From a virus (Duplodnaviria > Caudoviricetes), in the IMG/VR virus record IMGVR_UViG_3300027805_000018, positions 1 through 56,012 of that record: 56,012 bases of DNA, one strand, 5' to 3'. The position numbers were made by a program, and so were the translations under genes. The notes beneath the pieces are model-generated. The model searched no databases. It was not told the DNA's origin and worked only from the letters and a program-made list of their open reading frames with translations. This document shows positions 33,008-43,300 of the stretch, piece after piece. Each line of letters opens with the position of its first letter. The first letter of the stretch is position 1.

Positions 33008-33727
33008 CTATAGTTTTACGACTATTGTTGTTCCTAAACTAGTGTAATCATGAGATACCGATACATTTTCTAAACGCTTTAAATGCTGGTTTATTTCAAA
33101 ATAAGGAGAATACTGCGCGTCAGTCTCATACAAGTTTCCATTATCGTTAGCCCAAGTGACCAACATAACTCCATTCTCGCTTAGCATGTTGAAATATGAT
33201 AAGACTAGTGACGGATCATGAATTATGTCGTATGAGTTTACTGATATAAAATCAAATGGGCCAGCTTCTGAAGCTTCAGCCTGTTGTCTAGATATAACTT
33301 GATAATTCCACTCTTCAATTTCTTCTTCACTTAAAATGACTCTTTCAAGAAGATCTAATTGAAAATTATTTACCAAAGTAAGATCTGATCTACTTGCCAC
33401 AGTTTCAGCAAAGGCTATACTAAATGCTGGAGCTGTTAATAAAGACTTGGTTGGTTTCTTAACAAGGAAAATATTTTCTTGCGGATTGTCCCCATATCTA
33501 AAACCATCTGTGCTTCTGTGCACAGAATCTTCTCTACCAAAAATATCAAAATACCAAATAAATACATCTCCACCTACTGCTATCTTCCTCTTGTCTAAGG
33601 AGACAGTATCTAGATATTCCCTTACTTTAGCGTAGGTATCGAATTCGCGTTGATTTACACTAGCATTAGATTTATAGGGTTTTAATAAATCATTAACTCT
33701 AGAAAAGAAAATTTTTTCACTGCTCAT
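33008..33727 (-). CDS. Hypothetical protein, possibly class I SAM-methyltransferase-like fold
   Basis: C-terminal FDFISV...YFNMLSENGVMLV pattern; no clear GxGxG motif. Confidence 0.35.
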   Translation of the reverse strand: MSSEKIFFSRVNDLLKPYKSNASVNQREFDTYAKVREYLDTVSLDKRKIAVGGDVFIWYFDIFGREDSVHRSTDGFRYGDNPQENIFLVKKPTKSLLTAPAFSIAFAETVASRSDLTLVNNFQLDLLERVILSEEEIEEWNYQVISRQQAEASEAGPFDFISVNSYDIIHDPSLVLSYFNMLSENGVMLVTWANDNGNLYETDAQYSPYFEINQHLKRLENVSVSHDYTSLGTTIVVKL

Positions 33728-33728
33728 A

Positions 33729-34049
33729 TTAGATGGCTCCTAATGCTAATTGGCGCATCCACCAAAATCTTCTAATAGTAGATATGGTTAATACTCTTTG
33801 GTTTCTTAAAATTCCAATTGCAGGCTCATCTTTGTATAGGTCTTGATCGCCAACGCTATCATCCCTATCTCTTACGTAAACTCTATGAGCTTTAACATCA
33901 TGAGTAATCAAATTAAACTCTCTTGCCTTAGTGATGATTTCGTCAATAGACAAAGTATCCATATCCTCAGCTGCCAAACCAATTATATTTAATTGAAAAG
34001 CTAATACTGATTCTATGTAGTTAAGGTCTTGTTCTGCGTTGTAGCTCAT
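33729..34049 (-). CDS. Small hypothetical protein (divergent member of a tandem family)
   Basis: ORF in a tight operon; YIESVL...IGL..E resembles its neighbours. Confidence 0.55.
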   Translation of the reverse strand: MSYNAEQDLNYIESVLAFQLNIIGLAAEDMDTLSIDEIITKAREFNLITHDVKAHRVYVRDRDDSVGDQDLYKDEPAIGILRNQRVLTISTIRRFWWMRQLALGAI

Positions 34050-34051
34050 AA

Positions 34052-34243
34052 TTAATCTTCTTCGTCCTCATCAATAGAAAATCCTTTAAAAGATCTTTCT
34101 TTTTTTATTTTATTCAAGGTAAGAATGTTGCATTCAAACTCGATCCCACTTGGATACACGTACGTCTTAGATGTGTTAGAAAAGTATGGCACTGCGTTGT
34201 CATCTTTTTCCGTATCCATATCATGAGGCTTTATCGAGCTCAT
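34052..34243 (-). CDS. Small hypothetical protein
   Basis: 63-aa ORF tightly packed in the operon. Confidence 0.5.
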   Translation of the reverse strand: MSSIKPHDMDTEKDDNAVPYFSNTSKTYVYPSGIEFECNILTLNKIKKERSFKGFSIDEDEED

Positions 34244-34249
34244 TATAAA

Positions 34250-34486
34250 CTACCTTAACAGATTTAAAGAAGTTATTTGATTAAATAAGGATTGAAATGT
34301 TGCCATAGTTGGCTCACCCAAAGGAAGCAGTACTGCAGAAGCTGCAATTAACTCATCCAAGGTGGATACCTCTAATGCTTCTTCTGGATCGATGGCGCAT
34401 AATGTTGCAAGCATGTAAATAGAGCTCTCTAAATACTTTTCTGCTTTTGCTTTAATTTCATTTTTCTCTAAAGTGGTCAATGACAT
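34250..34486 (-). CDS. Small hypothetical protein (tandem family)
   Basis: AGGAGA RBS; YLESSIY...IDPE. Confidence 0.6.
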   Translation of the reverse strand: MSLTTLEKNEIKAKAEKYLESSIYMLATLCAIDPEEALEVSTLDELIAASAVLLPLGEPTMATFQSLFNQITSLNLLR

Positions 34487-34500
34487 TTTTTTCTCCTAAA

Positions 34501-34758
34501 TTACAGCTCTGCTATTTTAGCATTTATAACACCAAGACGAGAAATTATCATATCTATATGTTGTTTTATTTTAAAATCTGGACTAGCAATTTCTTCTTCG
34601 GTCATAGCATCTTCGTCAAATTCAAACGTGGTTAAATCAAAAGTATCTGGATCAAGACCTAATCTAATAACAGTCTTATAGAGATCTCTTTCGAATTCTA
34701 CTTTTGCTGCGTTTAATGCAATTTGCTTTTCATCTCTTGATACTGATAGATATCCCAT
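34501..34758 (-). CDS. Small hypothetical protein (tandem family)
   Basis: LYK...LGLDPDT...RL...NAKIAEL; paralogue of 34777..35034. Confidence 0.65.
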   Translation of the reverse strand: MGYLSVSRDEKQIALNAAKVEFERDLYKTVIRLGLDPDTFDLTTFEFDEDAMTEEEIASPDFKIKQHIDMIISRLGVINAKIAEL

Positions 34759-34776
34759 TTTTCCTCTTTTTATTTA

Positions 34777-35034
34777 TTATGATAATTCTACTATTTTTGC
34801 GTTCACTGTTTCAAGGCGTGCTTTAGCTACTGTAACAGCATTTTTTGTGTGATATTCAGGATCTTCGTCTGGCTTGGATGAAGAAGCATTAAAGCTCCAA
34901 CTGTTCAATGCGTAGGTATCTGGATCGTGACCCAGTTTTGATAAATGCTTATACAACTCTTCTTCAATTTCTTTTTTAACAAGTTGTAAAATCTTTATTT
35001 TTTCTTTTTTTTCAATAATTGAAAAGTTTGCCAT
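34777..35034 (-). CDS. Small hypothetical protein (tandem family)
   Basis: LYK...LGHDPDT...RL...NAKIVEL. Confidence 0.65.
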   Translation of the reverse strand: MANFSIIEKKEKIKILQLVKKEIEEELYKHLSKLGHDPDTYALNSWSFNASSSKPDEDPEYHTKNAVTVAKARLETVNAKIVELS

Positions 35035-35072
35035 TGCGCCTCACTTTAACATTTTCTATATACAGATAGTAA

Positions 35073-35777
35073 CTACATTGCTGGATTATTTAACCTTAAA
35101 AGGCCTGAGTTTGCAGGTCCAATTCTTTCACCCTTTTCGTCTAATCCAGTCTTAATCCCCTTCATCCACGTCCAAGGCTCGTCTCTATTTTTTTTCATTT
35201 TAGCGTCACCATAGGCTTGACGAGCCACCATTAAAGATGGTTTATCCCAAATATTGTCTACCTTAAATTCAACTGACTCAAGAAGATCACTTTTAAATAT
35301 ATTAAAAAACATAAATGGAGTCCCTGCTGGAAATGTTACTGGTTCACCAACTTTGGTAATCATCCAGTTCATTTGAAATTCATCAGGCCACCAACTAGAA
35401 GGTATTACAGCTGATAAAGGAGATGCCCCATCTATAAAGTAATTAGGCGATCCACTAATCCAAGTTTCGTAGCCTTCTTCTGTCCCAAATGCCCAACCAA
35501 CAGAAAAGGAAACCATCCCAATAATTCCACCATAAACAAGTGTTCTACCCATATATTCTTCGCCACTAAGTATTTTTACATTTGTGTTTCCACCATCCCA
35601 TTGAACTACAACATCATGAGGAAGTATAAGCTCCCAGCCGTGCACATTAGCAGTAGTTACCGGCAGGCATTGATAAGCGTGCTTCTTGTAGGTGTTATCC
35701 ATCCAGTCTCTTTTCAGCCTTGACTGAATAATCTGTGGCGGATTCTGATGAGTCTTGGTTAACGTTACTTTTGTCAT
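35073..35777 (-). CDS. DUF6065-like protein
   Basis: RDWMD...HAYQCLP...AN..GW and GSPNYF.DG..PL...W.P..F.MNW motifs, recalled as typical of this family. Confidence 0.6.
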   Translation of the reverse strand: MTKVTLTKTHQNPPQIIQSRLKRDWMDNTYKKHAYQCLPVTTANVHGWELILPHDVVVQWDGGNTNVKILSGEEYMGRTLVYGGIIGMVSFSVGWAFGTEEGYETWISGSPNYFIDGASPLSAVIPSSWWPDEFQMNWMITKVGEPVTFPAGTPFMFFNIFKSDLLESVEFKVDNIWDKPSLMVARQAYGDAKMKKNRDEPWTWMKGIKTGLDEKGERIGPANSGLLRLNNPAM

Positions 35778-35780
35778 ATG

Positions 35781-36380
35781 TTAAATTTTATCGTCCAGCA
35801 GCACCTCTATTGCTGCTTTAATATTAATTAGAGCCTGCTGCGAATCAGTATTTCTTTCTCCAGCGTTAAAAGCTAGATCTAACAAATCTGAGTTGCAGAA
35901 ACGAAACATCTTTTTTCCGTCTCTACCTATTATAAATTTTTCAAAATTACCCTGAACTGGATCCTTGTTTTCTTGAACCATCTTATAGAAAGGATGTTGC
36001 TCTATGCCAGCTTTTGGCTCTGCAGCAATCCCAGCCAACTCACTAAATGGAAGATCTGTCTTATACAGTTCTTTCATATGGCTTCGCATGTGATGCGGAC
36101 TTGCGTTCGACTCTTTGAAAGCGCCGTACGCATCTTCGCAAAAATCTGTACTTGGAACAGCTAACACCTCGAAGCCCAGATCCTTGTACTCTTTATACAG
36201 ATCTTCGATAATTGGATACTGAGCAGAATTAGCACATTCTCCAGTTACATTAACAATCATCGTTACCTTACCCTTATTTTTGGCTAAAACATTTTCTTCA
36301 CCATCCAATGATGACAATGGAATATCGTATACTGAGACTTCAAGAGTTTCAAGAGTTGGTATTTCTTTTTTATCAAACAT
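35781..36380 (-). CDS. Glutathione peroxidase family protein (Cys type)
   Basis: KGKVTMIVNVTGECANSAQY...LYKEYKD.GFEVLA.P...GNFEKFIIGRDG. Confidence 0.8.
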   Translation of the reverse strand: MFDKKEIPTLETLEVSVYDIPLSSLDGEENVLAKNKGKVTMIVNVTGECANSAQYPIIEDLYKEYKDLGFEVLAVPSTDFCEDAYGAFKESNASPHHMRSHMKELYKTDLPFSELAGIAAEPKAGIEQHPFYKMVQENKDPVQGNFEKFIIGRDGKKMFRFCNSDLLDLAFNAGERNTDSQQALINIKAAIEVLLDDKI

Positions 36381-36388
36381 ATTTCATC

Positions 36389-37123
36389 CTATGCTGGTTG
36401 TGGATAAGTGAGAGGTTGGTTAGTTCCCTTTGATATACCTTTGTCTGGATCAGCTTTTGATCCATCTGCTCCATAGCCTATGCCATGTTTGTGGTTATTA
36501 TCATTATAGTCAAACATAGTAACTGCTGAATATTTGGTGCCACTTGTTACCTTTAGTGAAGCGTGGGCATAGATAAACGTGGAGGGAAACAATATAATAT
36601 CTCCCGCTTGTGGCTTAAAGCTAATGTTTAAATAAGGAAACCATAGTTCCCCACCTTCGTAATCATCGTTTAGGTAGATAACCGATGATACCGTACATGT
36701 ATAAGAGAATCCATGATCTGCGTGAACAGCAAAATGTTGGCCAGGCTTATATCTAACAAAGTTAATTGCTTCCATGTAATCCATTTTAAAATTATACATA
36801 GACTCATAGTGGGTAAGGCACTTCTTAAGATTTGCTTCTACATCCTCGTAGCACTTCTTAACTTCTTCAAATTCCGGAGTCAGGTACTGCCAATGCGCTG
36901 GGCTCATCTTAAGATCTACACAATCTCTATACTCTGGCATTTTTTCATTGTAGCCTACCATAGCTTCTGACCATTTGAATAGATTGTGCTCACTTTTTCC
37001 AATAGTTGCTTCTAATCTTTCTGGAATGTTAAGCTCTCTTGGAATAGCATTTCTATACAAAAAGATACCAAATTTTCTATTATCTTCTACGTTGCTGCAA
37101 GACCCTACATGAAAAAATTCCAT
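36389..37123 (-). CDS. 2OG-Fe(II) oxygenase, prolyl-4-hydroxylase-like
   Basis: RYKPGQHFAVHAD...YLNDDYEGGEL.F...FPS...H...GTKY. Confidence 0.9.
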   Translation of the reverse strand: MEFFHVGSCSNVEDNRKFGIFLYRNAIPRELNIPERLEATIGKSEHNLFKWSEAMVGYNEKMPEYRDCVDLKMSPAHWQYLTPEFEEVKKCYEDVEANLKKCLTHYESMYNFKMDYMEAINFVRYKPGQHFAVHADHGFSYTCTVSSVIYLNDDYEGGELWFPYLNISFKPQAGDIILFPSTFIYAHASLKVTSGTKYSAVTMFDYNDNNHKHGIGYGADGSKADPDKGISKGTNQPLTYPQPA

Positions 37124-37155
37124 TTGCGTTTTCCTTCAATGAATAAATTGTTTAG

Positions 37156-37170
37156 TGATATACTATATCA
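37156..37170. promoter_or_regulatory. Palindromic bidirectional extended -10 element TGATATA-C-TATATCA
   Basis: Perfect 7-1-7 inverted repeat between divergent genes; reads TGaTATACT on plus and TGaTATAGT on minus. Confidence 0.55.
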
Positions 37171-37196
37171 TATAGAGAAAGACCAAGGAGTGCAAC

Positions 37197-37832
37197 GTGG
37201 ATTTCCAATCATCTGAAAAGTCTTTAATTGAGCCAGGTTATTTTGGGTCTTCAAAAGAAAACATTCTTATATTAGAGAATTTTATTGAACTAGATGACTT
37301 AAGAAAAATACAAAAATTTCTTCCAACAATAAATGAATGGATGGATGCTGGAGAAAACCAATACTCAGAAGATGGAACTTGCACGTATGATGCTTCTTAC
37401 TGGCAAAATAGACAATGTAGTTGTGACATTCTTAAAAGAATAAATATAGAAATGTACGAGCTAGTTGATAAATATATTTTAAAGATGAAGTCTTGTCTTG
37501 AGGATAAGTTTCAAGTTAAACTTCATCCTAGACCGCCAGTTATAATAAGATGGTTTCCAGGTTTGGAACAACAGCCGCATGCTGATAAGCAACTCAATGA
37601 TGGTTCACCAAACCCTTTCCCTACCTATGATCTAAATTCATTAATTTATTACAATGATGATTTTGAAGGGGGAGAACTTTATTACCCGCAACATGACATT
37701 GTAGTTAGACCAAAACCTGGTTTAGCAGTTGCGCACCCTGGAGATATTAATTATCTTCATGGAGTTAAAAAAGTCATAAGCGGGGAAAGATTTACTACAC
37801 CATCTTTTTACACTATTACAGAATTAAACTGA
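37197..37832 (+). CDS. 2OG-Fe(II) oxygenase, prolyl-4-hydroxylase-like
   Basis: AAGGAG RBS with GTG start; HAD...YYNDDFEGGELY...HGV...GERF. Confidence 0.9.
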   Translation: MDFQSSEKSLIEPGYFGSSKENILILENFIELDDLRKIQKFLPTINEWMDAGENQYSEDGTCTYDASYWQNRQCSCDILKRINIEMYELVDKYILKMKSCLEDKFQVKLHPRPPVIIRWFPGLEQQPHADKQLNDGSPNPFPTYDLNSLIYYNDDFEGGELYYPQHDIVVRPKPGLAVAHPGDINYLHGVKKVISGERFTTPSFYTITELN

Positions 37833-37858
37833 CCCAATATCTTTTAGAGGATTTTGTT

Positions 37859-38398
37859 TTGGATAAGGTTTATATTTTTAAAAATATTTTAGATCAAAAA
37901 GATCTAGAGCAGATTATACTGCAATTGAAAAGCACTCCAGTTACAATTGATAAATCTGGATACTCTCCGTTTGGAGTATACACTGAAAATAACAATCCTA
38001 TCTTACCTCAAATACTTAGCAAGTATTATGATAGGTTGAAAAAAATTATTGAAACTTCTTTTGATTGTAAAGTTCACGATGAGGGATTAAACAGCATTGT
38101 TGAGATGATCGTTGGTGATTCAATGCCAGTTCACCTAGACCACGGATCTGCCTTAGATCAAAGTGTTGGATTTAAGACTGGAGCTGGACATCCATCTAGG
38201 GATATTAGTTCAGTTCTTTATTATAATGATGACTATGAAGGCGGAGAAATTTGTTTTCCTAAACAAGATTTACTCATTAAGCCAGAACCTGGAATGTTTA
38301 TTTGCTTTCCTGCTAAAGATGAATTTCCTCATCAAGTTAAAGAAGTAAAGAGCGGATATCGTTGGTGCTCAAGTAATTTTTGGTGTTTAGCTAGTTAA
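37859..38398 (+). CDS. 2OG-Fe(II) oxygenase, prolyl-4-hydroxylase-like
   Basis: HLD...YYNDDYEGGEICF...HQV...GYRW; TTG start with GAGG RBS. Confidence 0.85.
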   Translation: MDKVYIFKNILDQKDLEQIILQLKSTPVTIDKSGYSPFGVYTENNNPILPQILSKYYDRLKKIIETSFDCKVHDEGLNSIVEMIVGDSMPVHLDHGSALDQSVGFKTGAGHPSRDISSVLYYNDDYEGGEICFPKQDLLIKPEPGMFICFPAKDEFPHQVKEVKSGYRWCSSNFWCLAS

Positions 38399-38447
38399 TA
38401 AATTTTATATCATTTACCTTTAAGCTATTGGTGTTGAACTGCTCTAA

Positions 38448-39140
38448 TTAGGTATAGAGAAAACCTTCACCCTCAACCCAATCATTATCATTATTGTAAA
38501 TCTTTGGGATACCAGAACGTGAAGGTTCTCTCTTTGGATGAAACTTATCAGTATAATCCCACCATGTTCCTATCGAATATCTTATACCAGATGTAACCAA
38601 ATTAACTTTGTGCGCGTGCATGAACGATGATGGAAACATTACAATATCTCCAGCGTCTGGTTTAAACTCTAAATCTAAGAGTGGAAAACCTAGTTCCCCG
38701 CCTTCATAGTCATCATTTAAATAAGCTACCGCCGATACTACGGAAGAGTAACTTGAACCAGCGTCTACGTGGCTCACGAAATGGTGACCCTCTCCGTATT
38801 TAATAAAGGTTAATCCTTCTTTAAAAGAAAGTTTTAAATTATATATATCTTTATAATGATTAATGGCATTAATAAATCCGTGATCAATTTCTTCATAACA
38901 GTTTTTAATTTCTTCAAACTCTGGCGTTAAAAACTTCCAATAATCTGGATGTATTTTAAAATCAAAACATTTTCTATAATCAGAAAGATCTTTTCCCATT
39001 GGATTAATTGAATCTGTCCATTTAAATAATTCGTCAGAACTATTACCTAATGCTAATTCTAATCTTTGTATTATACTTTTTCCATTTGGGATTGCATTTT
39101 TATAGACGTGTACTCCGTGCGTAGGATTAGTAAATTCCAT
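38448..39140 (-). CDS. 2OG-Fe(II) oxygenase, prolyl-4-hydroxylase-like
   Basis: HVD...YLNDDYEGGELGF...HKV...GIRY; close paralogue of 36389..37123 (shared LTPEFEE.K.CYE). Confidence 0.9.
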   Translation of the reverse strand: MEFTNPTHGVHVYKNAIPNGKSIIQRLELALGNSSDELFKWTDSINPMGKDLSDYRKCFDFKIHPDYWKFLTPEFEEIKNCYEEIDHGFINAINHYKDIYNLKLSFKEGLTFIKYGEGHHFVSHVDAGSSYSSVVSAVAYLNDDYEGGELGFPLLDLEFKPDAGDIVMFPSSFMHAHKVNLVTSGIRYSIGTWWDYTDKFHPKREPSRSGIPKIYNNDNDWVEGEGFLYT

Positions 39141-39146
39141 AATTAA

Positions 39147-39860
39147 TTATTTACCCTTTTGCTTTACTACAAAACTTTCTTTTCTTTTAATAATATACTT
39201 AATTGATACAAAGTTAGTGTAAAGCATTGGCGCTATCGGAATCCAATATAGTAAAAACCATTTTGTGACATCAGATGGATATAACACCCATTTAACTATT
39301 GAATAAATAAAGAACGCAGGAAAAGGTATAGCATAGCTTAATACGGCAGGTATCCTTAACCACTCTATAGTGTAATATGTTTTTAAAGTATTATATATCA
39401 TATAAGGAACAGTTACGCTAACAGCAAATAGCATCATTACAAGCATCTGTGCTGGTTTATTTTGATTAAAATCAACTGCCAGAGAAAGCACACTAAAGAA
39501 TATTACCCCGTAGTGATGATATGCAATGTCTTTTCTAAGGTAGTATTTTTTAGCTTTAATTAAACTTAGTATTTCTACCGCTAGAAGATTCATTGTAAGT
39601 GATCTCATGGGTATATTAGGATAATTTCCATGTCTAATATCAGTTATATAATAATAAGTTAATCCTATTACCGCAATGGCGCACTGTATAGTTTTAACTA
39701 AGTTAGAGCAGGCGCTAGTTTCTCCAAAATGCTTTTTACCATCTGGTCTAAGTATAGACAAAAATTTTTCATTACTGTATAAATTATTTGCAATAATAAA
39801 AGTGAGTAGAAAAAAAAATACTGGAACAATATTTTCCGACACAAAAGGATTTATAAACAT
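39147..39860 (-). CDS. Multi-pass membrane protein, TLC (TRAM/LAG1/CLN8)-like
   Basis: Six to seven hydrophobic segments with an HH motif (IAYHHY). Confidence 0.5.
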   Translation of the reverse strand: MFINPFVSENIVPVFFFLLTFIIANNLYSNEKFLSILRPDGKKHFGETSACSNLVKTIQCAIAVIGLTYYYITDIRHGNYPNIPMRSLTMNLLAVEILSLIKAKKYYLRKDIAYHHYGVIFFSVLSLAVDFNQNKPAQMLVMMLFAVSVTVPYMIYNTLKTYYTIEWLRIPAVLSYAIPFPAFFIYSIVKWVLYPSDVTKWFLLYWIPIAPMLYTNFVSIKYIIKRKESFVVKQKGK

Positions 39861-39929
39861 TCTCTAAATCTCCACAATAATAACTAAACCATATTCGCCA
39901 CTACCATCTTACCACACCAGAGGTTAAGA

Positions 39930-40362
39930 TTATTTAAACGATGGTGGGAAGAACGGTGGGAAGAACGGCGGGAAGAATGGTGGGAAGAAAGGTGGGAAAA
40001 ATGGTGGAAAGAACGGTGGGAAATAAGGTGGGAAAAATGGAGGGAAAAATGGAGGGAAAAATGGTGGAAAATATGGCGGGAAGTAAGGCGGAAAGTAAGG
40101 TGGAAAATATGGAGGAAAGAAGGGAGCGTGTCTTTCGTAGGTTATAGCGCTTCCCATTGGGGCAACTGATGTGTCCGTTAATGCTGTTTTAACTTTATTT
40201 AAGTCTGCCGCAACTGCCGTTGCAGTATCGATAGGTGTACCGACAACAAACCCTGCTGAAGTTATAGTGGTGTTAGCTGTAGAATCAGCTGTTCCGCGCA
40301 GCTACAGTAGGCTTAGCCTTTTTTCTTTTAGACTTTGGACCTTCACTATTATTTATAGCCAT
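39930..40362 (-). CDS. PASTA-like domain + (FPP[F/Y])15 repeat protein (143 aa) with a +1 shift at codon 23
   Basis: ATG 40362 lies 1 nt after the fibre stop. MAINNSEGPKSKRKKAKPTVAA-(C)GGA-TADSTANTTITSAGFVVG...PMGSAITY..., then 15 FPPx units. Confidence 0.8.
39939..40118 (-). repeat. 12-nt coding tandem repeat x15 encoding FPP[F/Y/S]
   Basis: Units vary mostly at synonymous positions (TTT/TTC, CCA/CCT/CCG). Confidence 0.95.
40293..40296 (-). other. +1 recoding site 7 (GCG CGG A), codon 23
   Basis: 0-frame reads CGG AAC AGC TGA; aligns with site 10 in the paralogue. Confidence 0.9.
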
Positions 40363-40363
40363 A

Positions 40364-43300
40364 TTATGCGCTCAAATCTCCTAGGGCTACCCAAGTATTA
40401 GCAGCTCTCTTTATAAGTGTAGCAGATGACCAAGTTGTACGCAACTTAAGTCCTGGAGTTCCGTTTACGGTAACACCGGCAGCACCTGCGACTGTAATCT
40501 GACCTGCGCCTGTTTGCAAGACTGTTACAGTAGCACCAGTAGCCATGTTCACCGTGTTATCAGCTGGAATAGTCAGCGTAGTGGCTGAGGCGTTAGATAT
40601 TTCTACCATCTTATTTTTATCTGTTAATACCAAAGTATAGCTTGCAGTTTGCTGATTTAATGTTGTATCAGCTATCTTGTTTTGGTCAATTGCTGCTGAT
40701 GTTGATATGTCGGCGTTAACAATTGACGTAGCTAAATTTAACTTAGAATAAGCAATTGCTGCGGTGGTTGCAATATCGGCATTTAATACCGAGTTGCTGA
40801 GCGATAACTTGGAGTAAGCAATTGCTGCTGCTGTATTAATGTCTGCGTTAACGATTGAGTTTGCGGTAATTGAAGTTACACCAGCATCAGAAATTGTTAC
40901 GTCACCAGTTTCAGCAACAGAAGTAGGAACTCCAGAAGCATTATACACAATAATGTTTCCAGCAGTGCTTGTAGCAAGTTTTGATAGTTCAATTCCTGCC
41001 GAAGCACTGATATCTGCATTGACAATCGTTGAATTAGCAATCATCGTACTTGTGACCGTGCCAGTGTCACCAGTGGTAACTGCAGTTCCCGTAGTTGCTG
41101 GAAGTGTGATTGTAGTAGTTCCAGCAGTAGCGTTTGCTACTAATAGAATTGTTCCAGATGTTGAACCGTTAAATGTCGCACCACCCGAAGAAATAATAGG
41201 TGTTGTCAATGTAGGGCTTGTGCCAAATGATGTTAGCGAAGAACCAGTAATCCCAGAACCAAGTGTTGTTCCAGAAAGAACTGTTGTATTGTTAATCTTA
41301 TAGACTTTACCAGATACCAAATTTAGATGCTCTGATGAAGTCCATGCCGTTGATGCCTCATACCAATAGAATGTTTTATCGGTTGCACCATGAAGAAGAA
41401 TTCCACCACCATCTGCAGTTGTATTTGTTTGGACTGCCAAGTTAGCCATTTGGATATTTTTGTCTGCAACAACAAGAGTGTTGGCATTAATTATTGTATT
41501 TGCTCCGTTAACCGTTAAGCTTCCACCGACTACTACGTTTCCATTTAATGTAGTGTTACCAGCTGTATTTCCTATGGCTAAAGTTGTTGCTGAGCCAGCG
41601 AAGTTTAGCGTAGTAACGTTTGTGTTAACAAGGTTGAACGTTGCGCTTGATGTTGTTATGGAAGTATTAATATTAGGACTTGTATTTAATACAACTAAAC
41701 CAGTTCCACTTTCATCTGTTAATGCCGCAGCAAAGTTTGCTGAAGAAGGAGTTGTTAAGAAGGTTGCGATACCAGTTGCTAAACCAGATACACCAGTAGA
41801 GATAGGAAGACCTGTAGCGCTAGTTAAGGTTGCAAACGATGGAATTCCAATATTTGGTGTAACTAATACTGGTGAGTTAGAAAATACTAAGTTTCCAGTT
41901 CCTGTTTCATCGGAAACAGAGGTTGCCATTTGAGCAGAGGTGATACTTCCTGTAGCTGTACCGTATAGAGTTCCAGTTGTTGGAAGAGTTACTGTAGTAT
42001 TTGCTGTTGTTGTAACGGTTGTATTAAATGCTCCAGAAGTTATAAAAGAGCTTCCATTTGCCAATGTTAATGTAGCTGAAGTTGCTGGAGCTGTAATTGT
42101 AACTTTATTAACACTTGTTGCTGTTGCTACGCCTATGTTTGGAGTGGTGAGTGTTTTATTGGCCAAAGTTTGAGCGGTTGTTAAATCTGCAGTCACTGCT
42201 GTATTTATGCTTATAGTTGCAGTAGAACCTTCACCTTGTGTATGGCTTACGGTTATCCCAGTGCCACCTGAAACATCCAGCATGTAGCTGCCTGTTGTAT
42301 CGGTTCCAAGTGCTACTGAATTAGCAGCGATTGTAGCAGTGAGTGTTGCGTTACCTAAGCTTGTAAGTGTAGCGCTTCCTGACAAGTCTCCACCAAGTGT
42401 AATTACTGGCGAAAATGTACCCCACTCAACTCCAGTAGGCGTAGATGAGTTTGCCTTAAGTATAGTACCATTGCTACCAATTCCAATTCTAGCTGGAGTA
42501 TTGTCTGCAGTAGCGACAATGATATCTCCCTTGGCATCGACGAGAGATTTCAAAATTGCATTGTTTCCAGCGTCTAAAACACCCTGGACTATTGCGTTAT
42601 TGACAAATTGAGTAGTAGCAATTTGGGTATTACTTGTTCCATTAGCTGCCGTAGTAGATGTCGGCACACCGGTTAAAGCTGGGCTAGCTAAAGTAGCATA
42701 ACCAGCAAACGATACAGATGATGTTTCGGTTCCAGTTATTCTTCCATACGAGTCAACAGTGTGACCACTGATGAATGACGTTGTGTTTCCACCAGCTGTA
42801 TTTGTTTGAGTAACAGTAGCTAAATCAATACTATTAGCGTTAACAACTATTCTATTCACAGATGCCGTTACAACATCCACGACATTACCCGTAGCTACCA
42901 TTCCTGCTCCAGCTGTAAAAGTCGCAGTTCCAGTAAATTGAGTGTAGGTTAAACTGTCAGTTCCAAAAACTATTGCTCCGCCAGTTCCAGTTCCAGCTGA
43001 GGTTAATGTAAATGCCTGACCAGCATTGTTTGAGCCACCAACAATATAAACTGCGTCTCCGGCTTTTACTTGACCAGCAATGCTATTATCTGTATCTGAA
43101 CGTCTTGTTAAAACAAATGGCGCAGATCCGTCAACACCTTGAGCAGTAATATAATAAATACCATTTTGTTTTGCATCAGCTTGATTTTTAACAAGTATAG
43201 ATTTACCAGTTGTTTGCGCAGAACCGTCTACTGTAAGACGACCATTTGAATCACCAGTTAAGGTTGCTCCAACTCCAAGAGTTCCATTTGCATATGTACA

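Noticed and set aside
30781-36380. Selenocysteine-containing glutathione peroxidases
   Set aside because: Neither gene has an in-frame TGA at the active site.
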